Part shown: positions 62,845-64,000 of the stretch, in pieces
Layout of the letters: each line of letters starts with the position of its first letter
How positions within the stretch are numbered: the stretch's first letter is position 1
Assembly (NCBI GenBank): GCA_000442015.1
Contig: KE560678.1
Coordinates: 1-64,000, forward strand
Origin: Rozella allomycis CSF55
Taxonomy: Eukaryota
Direction of reading: 5' to 3'
Length of the DNA: 64,000 nucleotides
Notes under the pieces: generated by a model
Databases searched by the model: none
Told to the model about the DNA's origin: nothing
Seen by the model: the letters and a program-made list of their open reading frames with translations, nothing else
Made by a program: the position numbers and the translations under genes

Positions 62845-64000
62845 ATGAAACTCGACGCTTGTTTGGCTGCATTAACTGTTTTATCTTCGATCAATGTAAT
62901 TGTATATGTTTAAATAAGAAAGGCTGAGGCGTTATTTGTTGAAAAGTTTGAATCAAAAAGCTTGTTGGGAGACAAATGGGTACCATCAGAAGCAAAGAAA
63001 GATTCCGGTGATGTTTTGGCGTATGATGGTCAATGGGAAATAGAGGAGGCTTCTGTGTTGAAAGCATTTGACGATGATTTTGGGCTTGTTGTAAAATCTC
63101 CAGCCAGACTTCATGGTATAACAAGAAAGTTTGACAAAGCTATCCAAATTGAAGATGAAAAGCCTTTCGTTGTTCAATATGAAGTGAAATTACAAAAAAG
63201 TCTTGAATGTGGAGGGGCTTATTTGAAACTGTTGACTGCAGGAGAAGAAGAATTCAATCCTACTCAGTTCCATGACAAAACACCTTATACAATAATGTTT
63301 GGACCTGACAAGTGCGGTTCTTCTAATAAAGTAATGAGACTAAAAAGAATTGAAAGGTTCATTTTATTTTTCGTCACAAGAACCCTGTGACTGGCCAAAT
63401 TGAAGAAAAGGCTCTAAATAATCCACCGACTGCTAAAATCACAGAAAAATCTGTTCTTTATACTTTAATTGTTAAACCTGACAATAAATTTGAAATTCGC
63501 ATTGACAGTGAAAAAGTTAGGGAAGGGTCTCTCCTTGAAGACTTTACACCATCAGTGATACCACCTAAAGAGATTGAAGACCCTAATGACACAAAGCCAG
63601 AAGATTGGGATGAAAGAGAAAAGTAAGTTTGACAGCAAGTCTATTTTTAGAATTCCAGATGAAAGTGCAGTGAAACCAGAAGACTGGGATGAAGAAGCAC
63701 CAAAGGAAATTGAAGATATTAATGATACAAAGCCTTCAGATTGGCTTGACGATGAACCTTTATTGATTCCTGATGTCGATGCAGCAAAGCCCGATGATTG
63801 GAATGAAGAAGAAGATGGAAAATGGGAGGCTCCATTAGTTGAAAATCCTAAATGTAATTCTGGAAAATGTGGCGTTTGGCAACGAAGAAAAATCTCAAAC
63901 CCTAATTACAGGGGTAAATGGAAAAGACCCTTGATAAGCAATCCAAATTACAAAGGAAAATGGTCACCAAAGAAAATACCAAATCCTGAATATTTTGAAG
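62845..64000 (+). CDS. CNE1: Calnexin (3'-partial, runs off the window)
   Basis: Signal peptide, [45 protein letters not shown]-domain repeats [14 protein letters not shown] and NPNYKGKW. Confidence 0.96.

Noticed and set aside
63570-64000. Periodic repeats near the window end that could suggest an array
   Set aside because: They are the coding P-domain repeats of calnexin, not CRISPR or satellite DNA.

Overview
AT-rich, very gene-dense eukaryotic nuclear DNA: about 45 protein genes plus one tRNA-Lys(CTT) in 64 kb. Intergenic spacers are often under 70 bp. I traced roughly 150-160 spliceosomal introns by hand, almost all 25-32 nt, which is why the ORF track is fragmented. The gene content combines fungal-type ATG15, TIM54, YOS1 and NDOR1/TAH18 with cilium/centriole genes (ARMC9, NME7, CEP295-like) and animal-like retentions (HGD, BCKDHB, PLGRKT, AIP). 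This suggests a zoosporic early-diverging fungus; Rozella/Cryptomycota-like is an inference only. The main unexpected signal is the splicing system. At least seven 26-27 nt introns in conserved genes (BCKDHB x2, a WD40 gene, TGS1, NME7 x2, a TBC GAP) have normal GT donors but end in TG rather than AG, while AGs that lie too close to the donor are skipped. This points to length-measured ('ruler') 3' splice-site choice. A 50-nt minor-spliceosome (U12-type) intron with ATATCCTTT donor, TTCCTTAAT branch site and apparent AT-AA ends sits in UBE2O. A structured element whose 5' end resembles U11 lies next to the tRNA. Also noted: a recurrent (G)AAATTT(C) motif just upstream of start codons, a sharp G-to-C strand-skew flip inside the importin gene, a D-Ala-D-Ala-ligase-like ATP-grasp gene, and a signal-peptide pseudokinase. 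All splice models are manual inferences from reading frame and protein conservation; there are no RNA data.
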